From Octopus vulgaris (taxonomy: Eukaryota), in the NCBI GenBank assembly GCA_951406725.2, contig OX597826.1, positions 62,434,001 to 62,498,000 of the forward strand: a DNA stretch of 64,000 bases, written 5' to 3'. Shown in pieces: positions 1 through 14,508 of the stretch. The translations under genes and the position numbers were made by a program. The notes below the pieces were generated by a model. It searched no databases. It saw only the letters and a list, made by a program, of their open reading frames with translations, and had not been told where the DNA came from. Numbering within the stretch: position 1 is the stretch's first letter; the number at the start of each line of letters is the position of its first letter.

Positions 1-330
1 GCATACAAAGGAGAATTTTAAAACCATTTATAGAAATATAAACTTTCAGAGTCGGAAGATTTATCTGAACGGAGAATTTTAGTGACATTATAAATCCTCT
101 TGAAATATTGTAAAATATTCATAGAAATATTTTTATCTCGCAATCTAAAGTAGATTTCAGACTTAAGAATTTAAATATAGGGTATCTCTCTAAAAAGAAG
201 GAAAGCAAGAAAGCAAACAAGCACGAAAGACAGAAAGAAAGAAAGGAATTGGAAGATCTTCAGATATCGATAAACCGCATCAAGCATTGATAGCATCTTA
301 CGTAAAACAATGGTATAATTCCTTATATTA

Positions 331-431
<101 letters not shown>

Positions 432-484
432 ATTATTATTATTATTATTAGTGATAGTAGTAGTAGCAACAGCAGCAGCAGCAT

Positions 485-521
<37 letters not shown>

Positions 522-523
522 CA

Positions 524-596
<73 letters not shown>

Positions 597-625
597 CGTC
601 GTCGTAGTAGTAGTAGTAGTAGTAG

Positions 626-1868
626 TTTACTTCTCAAAGCTCTCGTTTTCACTTGGAGTGGTTGATTCTGTGAGATTGAACTGCAACCTGTTGTCAGAGG
701 TCTCACAGGATCTCTTTCTGCAAATTATAAGCTCTGATACCTGAATGTTTACTTATCGTGAAAAACGTTTAACACCTAAGCACCAATCTCAAAATTCTAG
801 CTTCTTCCTAATACTGCAGTTTTTGGGGGACCTGCTCGGCCTTCATGTCAATTCCAATTTCTCCGGCATATTTCTCGAACCTTGATTGCTAGTGCTCCGA
901 CTGCCCCTACAACCACTGAGATAACATTAAATCTCCTCATTGCCCACATTCTTGCAATTTCGTTTTTTAGTGGTCTTCATTTCTCCATCTTTTGTTTTCT
1001 TAAAATGTTTACTCTATTTAATAAGTATATAACTAATTGTCGTGACGCAGAATCTCTGTTTCTCATTGTTATAACGCAGAAGTCTTAAGTTCAGTTTTGA
1101 TTCTTTGGTTATTCACTGACGTCACCTAGAGTGGAATACAAAAATAGCTTTTCTTGGATTATATTTCTTCTTAACGTTCTTTCATTTTGCGTTCTTTCAT
1201 TTTGTATGGCAATATTTATGTTGTTAGTTTCCTATTTCTTTCTATCCATAACAACAATGTCTGCTCTCAGAGAAACCATTAGAGAGTCGACTGTAAAATC
1301 CCACAGAATACAACATTCATTGTTGTTAGTGACGGCTTCTGATTCATATCTGTGTAATTTCCGTGCTGTGCACAGACTGTACTTTTCTCCCAGCCACCAG
1401 CCAATAAACCTAGAAACGTTGTCGTGCCTCTTTTGTAGTGATTTTGTGCCACCTTGCTATACTTACTCAAAATATTTTAGGCTCTTTTGGTTATGCTTAC
1501 CACACGTCCTACATAGGGGCGAATCACAGCTCTTATCTATTTTGGACTTCGTGTAATTAGATCTCAGTGATTGTTCTTGAGCACTGCATATCGGCGCTTC
1601 AGTGCGTGATTTAAGATCCTATTTTCTTAGCAATCTCCAGTTATTGATCTTTTTATCTTTCTCTTCAGCATCTCTGATGTATTGCCTATGGTTTGTTTTC
1701 ATTTCCCACTTGTTTGTTGTTTGTTCTACATCTTTTTTTTATGCGGTAACAAGGATTCGCTCTCAGCCCTCTTCGTGTTGGCAACACAGATCTTGCACCC
1801 TATGGGGCCCTTCCTCCCTTGTTCCTAGGCTCATACTGTCCATCAATATCGCTTTTTGAGTGCAGATC
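626..1868 (-). mobile_element. Decayed 3' part of an R4/Dong-like non-LTR retrotransposon (post-RT region, CCHC knuckle, REL endonuclease, 3' UTR)
   Basis: Minus-strand translation across frameshifts gives LHSKSDID (LHPKSDVDRLY-like), AQEQSLRSNYTKSKIDKSCDSPLCRTCG, AQNHYKR(RHD), ILWDF, EIARMWAMRRFNVISVVVGAVGAL and KTAVLG, in the order expected for RLE-bearing non-LTR elements. Both ends abut trinucleotide microsatellites. Confidence 0.8.
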
Positions 1869-1906
1869 ATCATTATTATAATTATTACTATAATAATAAT
1901 AATAAC

Positions 1907-2035
<129 letters not shown>

Positions 2036-2094
2036 AGTAATAATTATAATTATAATTATTATAATTATTTTTATTTTTATTCTTTATTTATGTG

Positions 2095-2285
2095 TCAGTA
2101 TTTGACGGCGACCATACTGGAGCACCGCCTTTAGTCGGACAAATCGACCCTAGGACTTATTCTTTGTAAGCCTTGCGCTTATTCTATCGGGGTCTTTTAC
2201 CGAACCGCTAAGTTACGGGGACGCAAACTCACCAACATCGGTTGTCAAGCGATGATGGGGGACAAACACAGACACACAAACATAT
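2095..2285 (-). mobile_element. SINE family B, 3' half
   Basis: Reverse complement matches the 3' half of the full copy at 60082-60477 (cttgacaaccgat..., acttagcggttcgg, gatagaataag, taaaggcggtgctccag). Confidence 0.8.
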
Positions 2286-3153
2286 ACATTTGTTTGAGAC
2301 AATTGAGGAAGTAGTAACTATGTACTACGTCATCTATAGTTAAGATAATATTTTAAGTTCTAGAACTGAGGAACCATGTGGTTTGAAAAACATGTAAGAG
2401 TTAATACATTGTAGCCTTACTCTCTTTTAAACAGTTTTATTAGTTTTAATCGTAACAAAGTTTTATATAATAATTAATTGTAAGTATACGTTTATTTATT
2501 CATAAATTTATTATTTTTATTAGTTTTTGGAAAGTTTACATCATAGCTTGTAAGTGTAATATATATTAACACTATGCAGTGTTTTATTATTAACTTTTGA
2601 TGTATGAAATAATCTATTGCACTCATAATTAATATATTATTCATTAAATTCAATCATGTTTTTGTTCTGGAAAGAACTGAAATAAAGTTTTCACTTTCTG
2701 TTATTATAGTAGTAATTATGGAAGACTGGTGGGACTAATATTTATATTGACTTAAGAATTGGTCACCATTTAGTATATAATTTAGTTATTGTAAGTTTAC
2801 TATTAATACCGATACAGATGTACATAGAAGTAAGTGATTCTTGTTGTAGTTTAATTTTAAAGTTAGTGTTTAATCCGGTATATATTTGATTGAATACTGC
2901 TGTAGATAGGGTAAATGTGTTTGATACATGTGTGTTTTGTGTTTTAGTATGTTTGTTCCCAAACAGCACTTCTTTTAGTGCTGTTCACACCACCAGATTG
3001 AGAGGTACTACACAGGTGTCGAAACCACAATGATATCCGTGAGGTAGCTGATGATGGATATACGTTGGATTGTTGGTATGGTTGTTTTTGTATATGCGAA
3101 ATAGTATTATAACACATCCTTTTGATATATACATACACACACACACACGCACA

Positions 3154-3242
<89 letters not shown>

Positions 3243-3387
3243 AAATATTAGGGAATAAATCCAAACTTACAGGGAAAAATCAGATTTAGGATTGAATCCA
3301 AATCTTATGTATTGGCTTAAGTTTTTCATTGTATGATTTGCCTAATAGTGGTTTTATCTCTAATTGAATATAATATATATATATATA

Positions 3388-3535
3388 TACGATGGGCTTC
3401 TTTTAATTTCTGTGTACCAAATCCATTCTCAAGGCTTTGGTCGGCCCGTGTATATAGTAAAAGACACTTATCCAAGGTGTCATGCAGTGAGACTGAATCC
3501 ATGTGTTTGGTTAGCTACTTACCACACAGCCACTC
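3388..3535 (-). mobile_element. SINE family B, 5' half
   Basis: Reverse complement reads ggagtggctgtgtggtaagtagc...catggattcagtctcactgc...accttggataagtgtc...ccgaccaaagccttg, matching 60082-60235. Confidence 0.8.
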
Positions 3536-4044
3536 CTTCACCGATAAAATTATTAGTATTAATATTATTATTATTCCTTCGTAACAAAGTGTAGTTGACG
3601 ACGGATGAACGGCAAAGTCGAGAATTGACCCGAAAGCTGGTAGAAATTCTGCTAACTGTTTTATCCAGCATGCTAACGATTGTGCCAACGCTCTGCCCTT
3701 TATACATACATGCAATATAGACATTCAGAAAACCAGAGCGGGAGAGAGTGCTATGTAGTAGTACATATTTTCTTTCGATAATGCATCCGAACACAAAGAT
3801 CGTTTTTGGTGTCCACACTTTACACTCACGTTGTTGTTCTAATTGATTTGTACGTACATTTAGCGAGTTAGTCTTCTCTTAGACAACCTGAAATGTTCGG
3901 CGTTGAGTTTCAATTAGACATATTGCTGCGCACGTATTGCTGTGTGCATTTTTAAATATAGAAGTGAATATACTGATGCATTTACATCTATATTCATCTT
4001 TCCCCTCTGCACTCTATCCCCTCTCTTATTCTCTCGCTCTCTTA

Positions 4045-4076
<32 letters not shown>

Positions 4077-4148
4077 GTATATGTATATATGTATGCTTAT
4101 ATATATGTTTGTATATAGAGAGCAAGACAGATACATATACTGATAGAT

Positions 4149-4199
<51 letters not shown>

Positions 4200-4208
4200 C
4201 AGATAGAC

Positions 4209-4241
<33 letters not shown>

Positions 4242-4242
4242 T

Positions 4243-4292
<50 letters not shown>

Positions 4293-4295
4293 TGG

Positions 4296-4332
<37 letters not shown>

Positions 4333-4334
4333 AG

Positions 4335-5308
4335 ATATTGAAATAATCAGTATATGACTTATTTTGTTCAACAAATTCATTCATATTTATGAAAAGAAAG
4401 AGTTTGGTGGTAAAATAGATTATAGTTTTTATTTTTCATGTTCATATACAATTGTTTCATACAAATGGACGAAGATGTTCGTAAATGGAACATAATAGCC
4501 AAGTACGCCTCAGTAGTTAGTATTTAAAGGAAAACAAAAACACAATATTTAAAGTATATAGGTTTTTCTCTTGGTTATCATTTTAGGGGATCTATATATT
4601 CGTTCTTGCAGGCACGCTTATTTGAATCTAGATTTTTTAAAAATAGGATGTGGGTGCTGATATATTCAATATTTAATTTGATTTCCTCTCTATGAAATCC
4701 AAAATATATCTCTATTTAAACCTCCTTGAAAACATATTTACTGGTCAAGTTCTATTTGTATGTACGCTCGGAATTACCAAATAAGGAGCTATATGTTACT
4801 TCAATTTCATATTTAATATTTCTTAACCGTCAACTCTCATTTCGACTAAAATTGTAAGTAAATCGACAGTTGGTACTAGGATGTGAGAATAATTGATGGT
4901 TTATACAGTTTTTTTTTATTTTAATATTTTTTATAAATAATAGGTTAATAATTCATGGACTCAAATAGGGATTATATGTCATAATTAATTTTTTTAAAAA
5001 CAATTTGATATATTCATAAAGAACATTACGAAATATATATAATATCAGTAAAGATGAACACCAGGGAACAAATTACGTAATAATAAAGTATTATCAGGTA
5101 TTGAGCTATTTTGTATATGAGAAAAGTTTTTGTGATGAAGTATGTTGAAAATAATTGCTTTTATTTTTATAGTTTATATTTTCACTGAGAGAAACTCAAA
5201 ATTACAAAATGGTATCAAATGTTTAGTAATGTAGCGGATACAACATCTGAAATATCTGGAATTTTTAAAACTAATATAATTATGCTTACAAAGACATATA
5301 TATGTATA

Positions 5309-5373
<65 letters not shown>

Positions 5374-5455
5374 GTATGTAAATACACGGACACTGATATA
5401 GGGATAGGTACACATATACTTATGTGGATATGTACTCAGACACCCACGCTTATAG

Positions 5456-5489
<34 letters not shown>

Positions 5490-5507
5490 CTACATATTTA
5501 TACATAA

Positions 5508-5538
<31 letters not shown>

Positions 5539-5583
5539 CATACTGGAATATTCACACATACATATATACATATACTCACATAC

Positions 5584-5648
<65 letters not shown>

Positions 5649-5733
5649 CAAATATATGTATATATTGTATATATTATGATATATAAGGAGGTGTCTGTAG
5701 CAATGTACACGCAAATGTATGGATAAGTATGTT

Positions 5734-5776
<43 letters not shown>

Positions 5777-6765
5777 ATATATGGGTGTATGAGTATATAT
5801 ACACATAAGTATATATGTAACTATTTCTATATCAATGTGTAAGTGTATCTACGTCAGTTTATATAAATCAATGTACCTTCTGTGCAAACATAATTACATC
5901 ATCTTTAGAATTTCCAGGTATTTCAATTATTGTCTCACCGACATTACTAAAAATTTTACAGCATTTTTATTTTTGATTCCCTCTCTATGAAAATATAAAC
6001 AACTATAAAAATATAAATAATTATTTTCAACATACATCAACACAAAAACAAAATAGCTCAATATCTAATCATACTTTATTATTATTTATTATAAATCAGA
6101 CATCACGTAATTAGTTCCCTTTTATACATCTTTACTGCTATTGTATGTTTTTCGTGAAGTTCTTTTTAAATATATCCAGCTGTCTATAAACTTTGACCTA
6201 TTATTTATGATACGAAAATCTTTATAAACCATCAATTATTCTCACACCCCAATACCAATAGCCCATTTACTTAAAATTTCAGTCGAAAAGAGAGTTGACG
6301 GTTAAGAAATGTTGAATATGAATTTCAAATAACATATAGCCCTTCAATTCGTAATTCGAACGTACATACAAATACGGTTTCAGCAGTGAAAAAAAATTCA
6401 AGGAGGTTTACATATAGATATATTAGATATATTAGCACACATCCCTTTTTTTTCCAGTCTAGATTCAAATAAGCATGCCTGGAAGAAAGTATATATAAAT
6501 CCCCTAAAATAATAACTAAAAAAAAATATTTTAAACGTCTTTGTACTTTGGATTTCCTTTAATTATTAACTACTAAGGAGTATAAGTTTGACTATTACGA
6601 TGTTCTATTTATGTATATCTTCGTCCATTTGTATGAAACAGTTGTAAAGAGAATATGGAAAATAAAATTTATCAGCCATTTTAACATCGAGTCTCCTTCA
6701 TTTCATGAATATGAACGAATTTGTTGAACATTGTATAATGAGTCATATACTGATTATTTCAATAT
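4335..6765. repeat. Long diverged inverted repeat (fold-back): arms about 4335-5295 and 5879-6765 around a (TA)/(CA) microsatellite spacer
   Basis: Colinear reverse-complement matches along the whole arm, e.g. tattgaaataatcagtatatgact (4337) vs agtcatatactgattatttcaata (6741); tttcttaaccgtcaactctc (4819) vs gagagttgacggttaagaaa (6290); gtgagaataattgatggtttata vs tataaaccatcaattattctcac; gtatgttgaaaataatt vs aattattttcaacatac. Confidence 0.9.
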
Positions 6766-6874
6766 AAGCTTTCATAATTATACAACTTTTTAAAAAATAT
6801 TCGATAGTAAAGTATGAAGAAAAGACATTAGAAATCTAAGGGGAAAATTCCAATTGAAGGACGAACATACACTC

Positions 6875-6966
<92 letters not shown>

Positions 6967-6985
6967 CTGTTGAGAAAGAGATATA

Positions 6986-7022
<37 letters not shown>

Positions 7023-7409
7023 ATGTGTGTGTATGTATACCAATATACTTATATACATATATACATAAGCTATACACATGTTGTACGTGTCTGTGTGTGA
7101 ATATATATGTATCTCTGTGTAAGTATGCATCTATACTTAAATGCATACAGTTGATGATATATGCAAATATTTGCCGATACTTATGCATTTACATCTATAT
7201 TCATTCTGCTCTGTATGTCACCCTCCTTCTCTTACTCTCTCTGTTGCTATATGTATATATATATACATAGATACGCATCTATATGTGTATATATACCGCT
7301 ATACATATATTTGCATAATGTATGCACTTGTGTGTTGCATGTGAATATATATATATATATATAGATATATTTGCATGTATATATATATACATATATATAC
7401 GTATATATA

Positions 7410-7463
<54 letters not shown>

Positions 7464-7622
7464 CATATATATTTATCTTTGTATGTAAATGCGCATGTAT
7501 ACTTAAATGCGTACTAATTTTGATGCGTACGCATATTCTGACACGTATCTACAAACAAAGAATTCAGTCGTGTCTCATTAATCTATTTAGAAATTTATAC
7601 ATATATGCATACATACGTACAT

Positions 7623-7696
<74 letters not shown>

Positions 7697-8264
7697 GCAC
7701 ACATATTTGTGTGTTTGTGTGAGTGTGAGTTCGTATGTGTGTGTGGATATGTGGGGTGTGTATATGTGTACCTATATTTTACGGAAACACGCATGCCCAC
7801 ACATATACCTTCTTTTTGCATGTGAATATTTGTGATAACGAATCTGTATTGCCTTGTGATTAGGATATTGTATTCAAGATCGCAAGCTTATAAGTTCATT
7901 TCCTGGAGAGGGTTGTGATTTGTTTGTCCACGATTGGTTATGTATTGCATGATGCGGAGAAAATGCCTGTATCCGTCTTATTACGGTTACATTGGAATCT
8001 AAATCACATCGCAAGACCAAGGTACAAGTCATACCCAAAAATATTCACACGCGAAGTATGGTTTAATGTACATTATATGAATGTACGTATGTAGGAACGT
8101 ATTTATGTGGTGCGTATGTAAGTATGTATGTCTGTATTTATTAATGGAAATACATATATTTGTGTATTCACAAACACACAAACACGCGCGTGCACACACA
8201 CAAAGAAACACACACCCACATACACATATATGTATGTATGTCGGGAGAGAAACAGTATAGGAGT

Positions 8265-8303
<39 letters not shown>

Positions 8304-8824
8304 TAGACCTGGACACATTCAATGAGAAAGGTACATATATCAAATTTGATTGATATATAAGCAGACTGATAGATATAAAGATAAATAGATGCATACATAC
8401 ATACATACATACATACATACATAGATACATACATGCATACATACATACATACATACATGCATACATACATACATACATACATACATACATACATACATAC
8501 AAAAGGTACTTGCATACAGATACACAATGCATAATTACATACATATACAAACAATATTAGGCTATGTACGTATAAAGATTTTCCCTAAAAGCAGTGAATC
8601 GACGCCAGTAAAAGTACACCAGTCATAGATCGATATTTTAGTTTCATTTTTGTTCTTTTCCAGTCATATTTTATGTATTATATCTTTTATATTATATTAG
8701 CAATTCTGCTATACACACACACTCACACACACACACACACAAACAAACAATCACACACACGCGCGCACAGATACACGTACACAGTCAGATACGCACATAC
8801 ACTCTAATAAATCTATCGATATAA

Positions 8825-8864
<40 letters not shown>

Positions 8865-10214
8865 AAATGTGAAAATATTTTAGTGCTATGGATGACTAAA
8901 TTCGTCCATCTCCAGTCACCCTCAAATTCTCTCTATATTATTTAATGTATATTCCTCTGTGTTCTATTCTAGTGGCCATTAAGGAGAATCTCGGTTTGTT
9001 GACATTTTGTCTCATATACATTGCTTTTATTTTGGTATTGATGTGACATTATAACCTCAGATACGGGCTTGAAATTAGATCTTGTGTGAAAAATGCGTAA
9101 GTGCGTTAGTATTCGTTCACAGAAAATGACACTGCGACACACACACACATCCACAAACACAAACATACATACATACATACACACGCAGAGTGGTACACAC
9201 AGAGACACGCAAAGTGGAAAAAAAAAAAACACACGCACACTCACACACACAAACACACACGTGCGCATAGGCACGTACACGCGCGCATGTGCTAACTCGC
9301 GGATATACATCCCAGCAGATATATATATATACATCCATTTTAGTCCATCCAATCCATATATAAATTTCTATACACACTCATATTCACACATATATACACA
9401 TAAATGTATATATGTGTATGTATGTATATGTGTGTATATGTGCATGTATGTTTGTGAATTTTGCATGTATGTACTTATACACACACGTTTTCATCAATAC
9501 TGCGTCTATATAAACAAATATGCGCGTGTGTAAAAGTATATTTCTTTCAGAGTGATGGATTAAAACGAAAATATATTTGTGAATTAATGTATTTTAGGAT
9601 TGCTTGTTTATTGTATGACATACATATATATATGCATATATATAAATAAATATATATATACATATATAGATGCATATATATACGTATATATTAATGCATA
9701 TATATGTATATATATATACATATATAAGTTATATACGTATATTCTTGTTTATATGTGTGTGCATGTTTGTATGTATGTATGTATTTATGTATGTATGTAT
9801 GTTTGTATGTATGTATGTATGTTTGTATGTATTATGTACGCGTCTATACACAGATAATAGTACTGATATATATTTCATTTTAGCTCTAATGAATGCCGTT
9901 AATGATTCAATATTTCGTTCTCCTAAAATATATTGGTCCACCAAGCAATTATAAATCGTTGTATGTATAATCCTGTGTATACATACACACACACAAATAT
10001 ATATATAGAGAGAGAGACATATATTTCCATACACACACATATACATACATACATACATACATACATACATACATACATACATACATACATACATACATAC
10101 ATACATACATGCATGCATGCATACATACATATATATACACAAAAATTGGACAACAACGCAAATCATTCAGACAGTTAGGTGAAATATAAAAAGAGAAACA
10201 ATATATCCAGAGAG

Positions 10215-10382
10215 AGACGATACAAGGAAAACAGGGACGGATTATTCGGAGTTTTCTATCCTCAGTCGAGTTCCAGATTATCTTTGCAATTTCGGTTGGC
10301 TATACTCGAGATTGCTCCAATCTGGCCATCCCCTAGGAAGAAAGCAGTGAATGTATACGAAAGAAATGAGGGCAAAAAACGG
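10215..10382 (+). repeat. Dispersed repeat, homologous to 48811-48986
   Basis: Shared blocks: cgatacaa.gaaaaca, ttcggagttttct.tcct.agtcgagttccaga, tatactcga.att.ctccaatctggcca, ggaagaaagcag.gaatgtatacgaaa. Confidence 0.8.
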
Positions 10383-10503
10383 TGCAGTCGTGGTTGCATG
10401 GTAAGAAGCTTGCTTCCAAACACATGGTTCCATGTGGTTGCTTCCCAAGCACATGGTTCCGGGAAAGAAACTGAAAGAAATATGTCGTATATATATATAT
10501 ATA

Positions 10504-10575
<72 letters not shown>

Positions 10576-10740
10576 TGTGTGTGTGTGCGCGTGCGTTGAT
10601 GTGTTTACATCACTGTAACTTAGCGGTTCGGCAAAAAACCGATAGAATAAGTAGTAGTCTTACAAAGAATAAAACCTGGGTCGATTTGTTCGACTAAAGG
10701 CGGTACTCCAGCATGGTCGCAGTCAAATTACTGAAAGCAG
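10383..10740 (+). mobile_element. SINE family B, internally deleted copy
   Basis: tggttgcatggtaagaagcttgcttccaaacacatggttcc head, (GT)n middle, and acttagcggttcggcaaaaaaccgatagaataag...taaaggcggtactccagcatgg tail. Confidence 0.75.
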
Positions 10741-10748
10741 TATAAGAA

Positions 10749-11664
10749 CTAGCAGTATTGTCCGGCTTTGTGTGACTATTAATCGAACTGAGGAAAATCG
10801 ATTAATCTGCGAGTGCAAATTCAATACACTCTTACACAATGTACGTACGTGCGCTCGTGCGTTCTATGCACGCGCGAATTAAGCTAAACATGGATGAAGT
10901 TCAATCAAAATTCAATTATTTTGGTTTTAAAATCAAGCATTTAATGCCCTCTATTTTTGCGCTTATGTGTTCCATTTCCTCAATAGGAAGTACGTAGAAG
11001 TGTTTCATAAATTTTTGTTGATCAAATAATTGCATTGTTGAATTATTATTTTAGATCAGTATTTCTCAACGGGGATTTCAGGGGAGAGTTTCAAGGAGTC
11101 GCAGGCGATGTGTCGTGATGATCAAAAATCCGGCCTGCTAAAATTTGGTTAAAGTGATTCAAACTGCAGACTCAACGCAAAATGGACACATTTAATTCAA
11201 AGCGTTAAAAATGTTATGAAAACAATTGGTACGTGTTCAGAAAGTCCAAACGATTAATACAAAAAAGCCCTTCAGGCTACATCCCGAAAATTCATTTCTT
11301 TGCCGAATTTCTACAATGTTTACGGCTATTCGTTTTTATATCTTGATTATTTATTTTTCATGCAATTTACGCATGCTTGCACGCGTGCTGAGCACAGTTC
11401 ACGTCAAACAGCTGACTGAGTAAAGTTCACTATTCAATGCATAATATCAGGCCTAAACAAACACATTATCGATTTTTGCACTTGCGAGATGAGTTTCGGA
11501 ACAGAAATAGCGCAGCTCAATTTTCATTCGCCTAAATTTTAAGTGACCCATTTTTGGTGGTTCTACGATTTGTTGGCTAGGAGGAGATGTGCCGGGAAGT
11601 TAAACACACAGACACACACACAGATACACACACAGACACACAAGTTGAGTCTTATATATATAGA
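10749..11664 (-). mobile_element. Non-autonomous Helitron
   Basis: Minus strand starts TCTATATATATAAG and ends ...ccggacaatactgCTAG. It is inserted between A and T, and the 3' end resembles the elements at 24274 and 34622. Contains a hAT-like end (cagtatttctcaac, about 11057). Confidence 0.65.
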
Positions 11665-11723
11665 TATATATATATATTTGATATATATGTATGTGTATGT
11701 ATGCATACATATACATGTATGTG

Positions 11724-11759
<36 letters not shown>

Positions 11760-11761
11760 TG

Positions 11762-11799
<38 letters not shown>

Positions 11800-11834
11800 C
11801 ATCTATATGCATATATATACATATATATATTTAC

Positions 11835-11869
<35 letters not shown>

Positions 11870-12613
11870 AATATATGTATTTATATATTTATGCATATGT
11901 ATATACACAGATGTTTATATATATATATGTATATATATACATATATATATAAATATATGTATGTGTATGTGTGTGTAGCTATGTATGTACATAACCATAT
12001 GTGTGTATATGCAAATGTTTATGCTGTCTATTTCTGTGTGTGACTTCATGCATCGTGCGTTTCTGAGTTTTAAATAAAGAAATTTCATTTACGTTTAAAA
12101 TCTCTTTATGTTACGTTCAAGTATAATGTCACTTGGTAAGGTATGAAAGCCACGGCATAATCTTCCTCTTAATATAACTAGTAATCATTTCCTTCTCTAC
12201 GATTTAAAATCGGAGTGCCTTCGCATCTCTGAATATATCCGCTTCCATGGGAACGCTAAAACCTGACATTTCGGATACACTTTTTTCCCTTTAAATCTCT
12301 TTCTGATTCAGATTATTCTCACATAAAATCCAAAAGAAACGAAATAATTCATAAGAAATTAAATATGCTCAATGTTCGGAGTCGGTGTTAAATACGAAAG
12401 TCATGCTAAGAAATGTATTATTTGAATTTTAAATGTTAACACCGTATCAGATGTGTGCACAGCTGTGTATTTAGGAATCTCGTGATGCAATATTATGGTT
12501 TAGGGTTTAGATTTACGCAGCACTCTGGGCAAGTGTCTTCTACTATAGATCCTCGGCGAATACCAACTCGTGAGTGAATTTAACTGCCAAAACCTATGTG
12601 GAAGTCCTCTAGC

Positions 12614-12658
<45 letters not shown>

Positions 12659-12799
12659 TATGAGAGCCGGAAGATTGTAGATACGAGAATTTTTAGTAAT
12701 CACTACGATAGTTTCAACTTATAACGGACGCTGTACTCATCCAATAAGCTACCATAATATAAACCATTCATTTTATTATCTAATCATAATAATAATAAC

Positions 12800-12872
<73 letters not shown>

Positions 12873-13003
12873 ATAGTAAAGTAGGGTAACAATAACTTGT
12901 TATTACCAGTGGCCTTGCACAAAAAACGAATTAGTCATTAGACTATATATTATTCATATAGAAATATAATAAGAGGCTTCCAAATACGGAAGCATTGTGC
13001 TAG

Positions 13004-13039
<36 letters not shown>

Positions 13040-13953
13040 CACATCTGTGTGTCTATGTTTGTGTTTTTGCCTTTGTGTTTCTCCTCCCACCATCACGTGG
13101 TTTGTTCATCTGCTTTTGAAATAGACGTTTGTGAAAAGAGAATGTTAAAAGTGTATTTAAAAAATAATAATTACAGAAGTCGATTTGTTCGACCAAGCCC
13201 TTCGAGATGGCCGCAATGCAGTTACTACTACAAGAGAATAAAAGAACACGTAATGGTGACTGTAAAGCTATCTCCAATGACATAGATTTATACACACAAC
13301 AATAGAGGTAGATCAGTTGGAACGTTTCAACATTTATCATTGATAATTTAATACTTTATTGTCATTTACGTTTTTTGAGTATGCAACTCTATGGAAAAAT
13401 GATTTACTGTTGAATTTAAACCGACACGGGATCCCGAAACTTTCCGAAATTTAAGTGATTGATGGAAATATCTTTTTATATTTTTTTAAAAGATAAATCA
13501 ACCTTATTCTCGAATAACATTAAGTCCATTAGTCTAAAAGGTGGAAAATCCTTAAACCACAGATCAATACATCCATTAGTTGATTTATCCAGTTGTTGCT
13601 TATTTAGTTAAATAATAGCTATCTGGTTTAATTTCTATACTATCTCATTGGACAATTTGAATACCAGGGAATATACAAGGATTAATTGAAATTATATACC
13701 TCCATGCATGCACACACTAACGTCTTAAAACGGGGAGTTAAAATAGGGGATGTAGATACATATACGGAAAAGGAATTGCTGGTCACAGCTGCAAAGAATT
13801 TGATCAGAGTTGTACTCGGTCAGTACAGACCAAGGACTAAATAAAATGTGAATTTCGGCGTTGAAATACAAGCTGCACTGAACGGGAACATGAACGTGGG
13901 TTATTTACATTATTTACATTTGACGGATATTTGTCCCCATCTTGTTTGTTGTT

Positions 13954-13999
13954 AACACAACGTTTCGATTGATATACCCTCCAGCCTTCATCAGGTGTC
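13954..13999 (-). ncRNA. Minimal type I hammerhead ribozyme motif (Penelope pLTR type), family 1 copy
   Basis: Minus strand: gacac-CTGATGA-a-ggctg[gagggtatat]caatc-GAAA-cg-TT-gtgtt. Helix I is gacac/gtgtt, helix II has one mismatch, and palindromic AACGTT replaces helix III. Confidence 0.75.
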
Positions 14000-14039
14000 T
14001 TGGGGAAAATTCGAACCCGGGTTCTCATTCCTAAGGGCA

Positions 14040-14105
14040 CCTGGCATAGTGGTTAAAAGCGCAGGCTACTAACCCCAAATTTATGAGTTCGATTCCAGGC
14101 ACTGA

Positions 14106-14110
<5 letters not shown>
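14040..14110 (+). promoter_or_regulatory. tRNA-derived head with Pol III A and B boxes (not a functional tRNA)
   Basis: A box TGGCATAGTGG at 14042-14052, followed by ttaaaagcg; B box GAGTTCGATTCC at 14085-14096; cctgg/ccagg acceptor-like pairing. T and anticodon stems are imperfect. Confidence 0.7.
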
Positions 14111-14164
<54 letters not shown>

Positions 14165-14209
14165 GTGATGATGATAATAATGATAATAATAATAATAATA
14201 ATAATAATA

Positions 14210-14257
<48 letters not shown>

Positions 14258-14285
14258 ATTATTATTATTATTATCATCATCATCA

Positions 14286-14396
<111 letters not shown>

Positions 14397-14462
14397 TTAT
14401 TATTATTATTATAACATCTAAAAATACCTTAGGAATGAGAATCCAGGTTCGAAATTTCCCCA

Positions 14463-14508
14463 AATACCTGATGAAGGCTGGAGAATGTATCGGCCGAAAA
14501 GTTGTGTT
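14463..14508 (+). ncRNA. Minimal type I hammerhead ribozyme motif, family 1 copy
   Basis: aatac-CTGATGA-a-ggctg[gagaatgtat]cggcc-GAAA-ag-TT-gtgtt. Helices I and II are fully paired with G-U allowed; the helix III palindrome carries a C>A change. Confidence 0.75.

Noticed and set aside
2719-2740. miR-7-like start TGGAAGACT (similar seed-only matches to let-7 at 3040 and miR-10 at 27345)
   Set aside because: Similarity is limited to the first 8-9 bases and there is no precursor hairpin.
14040-14110. Functional tRNA gene
   Set aside because: A and B boxes are present, but the T-arm and anticodon stems do not pair properly and it is embedded in a repeat; treated as a tRNA-derived head.
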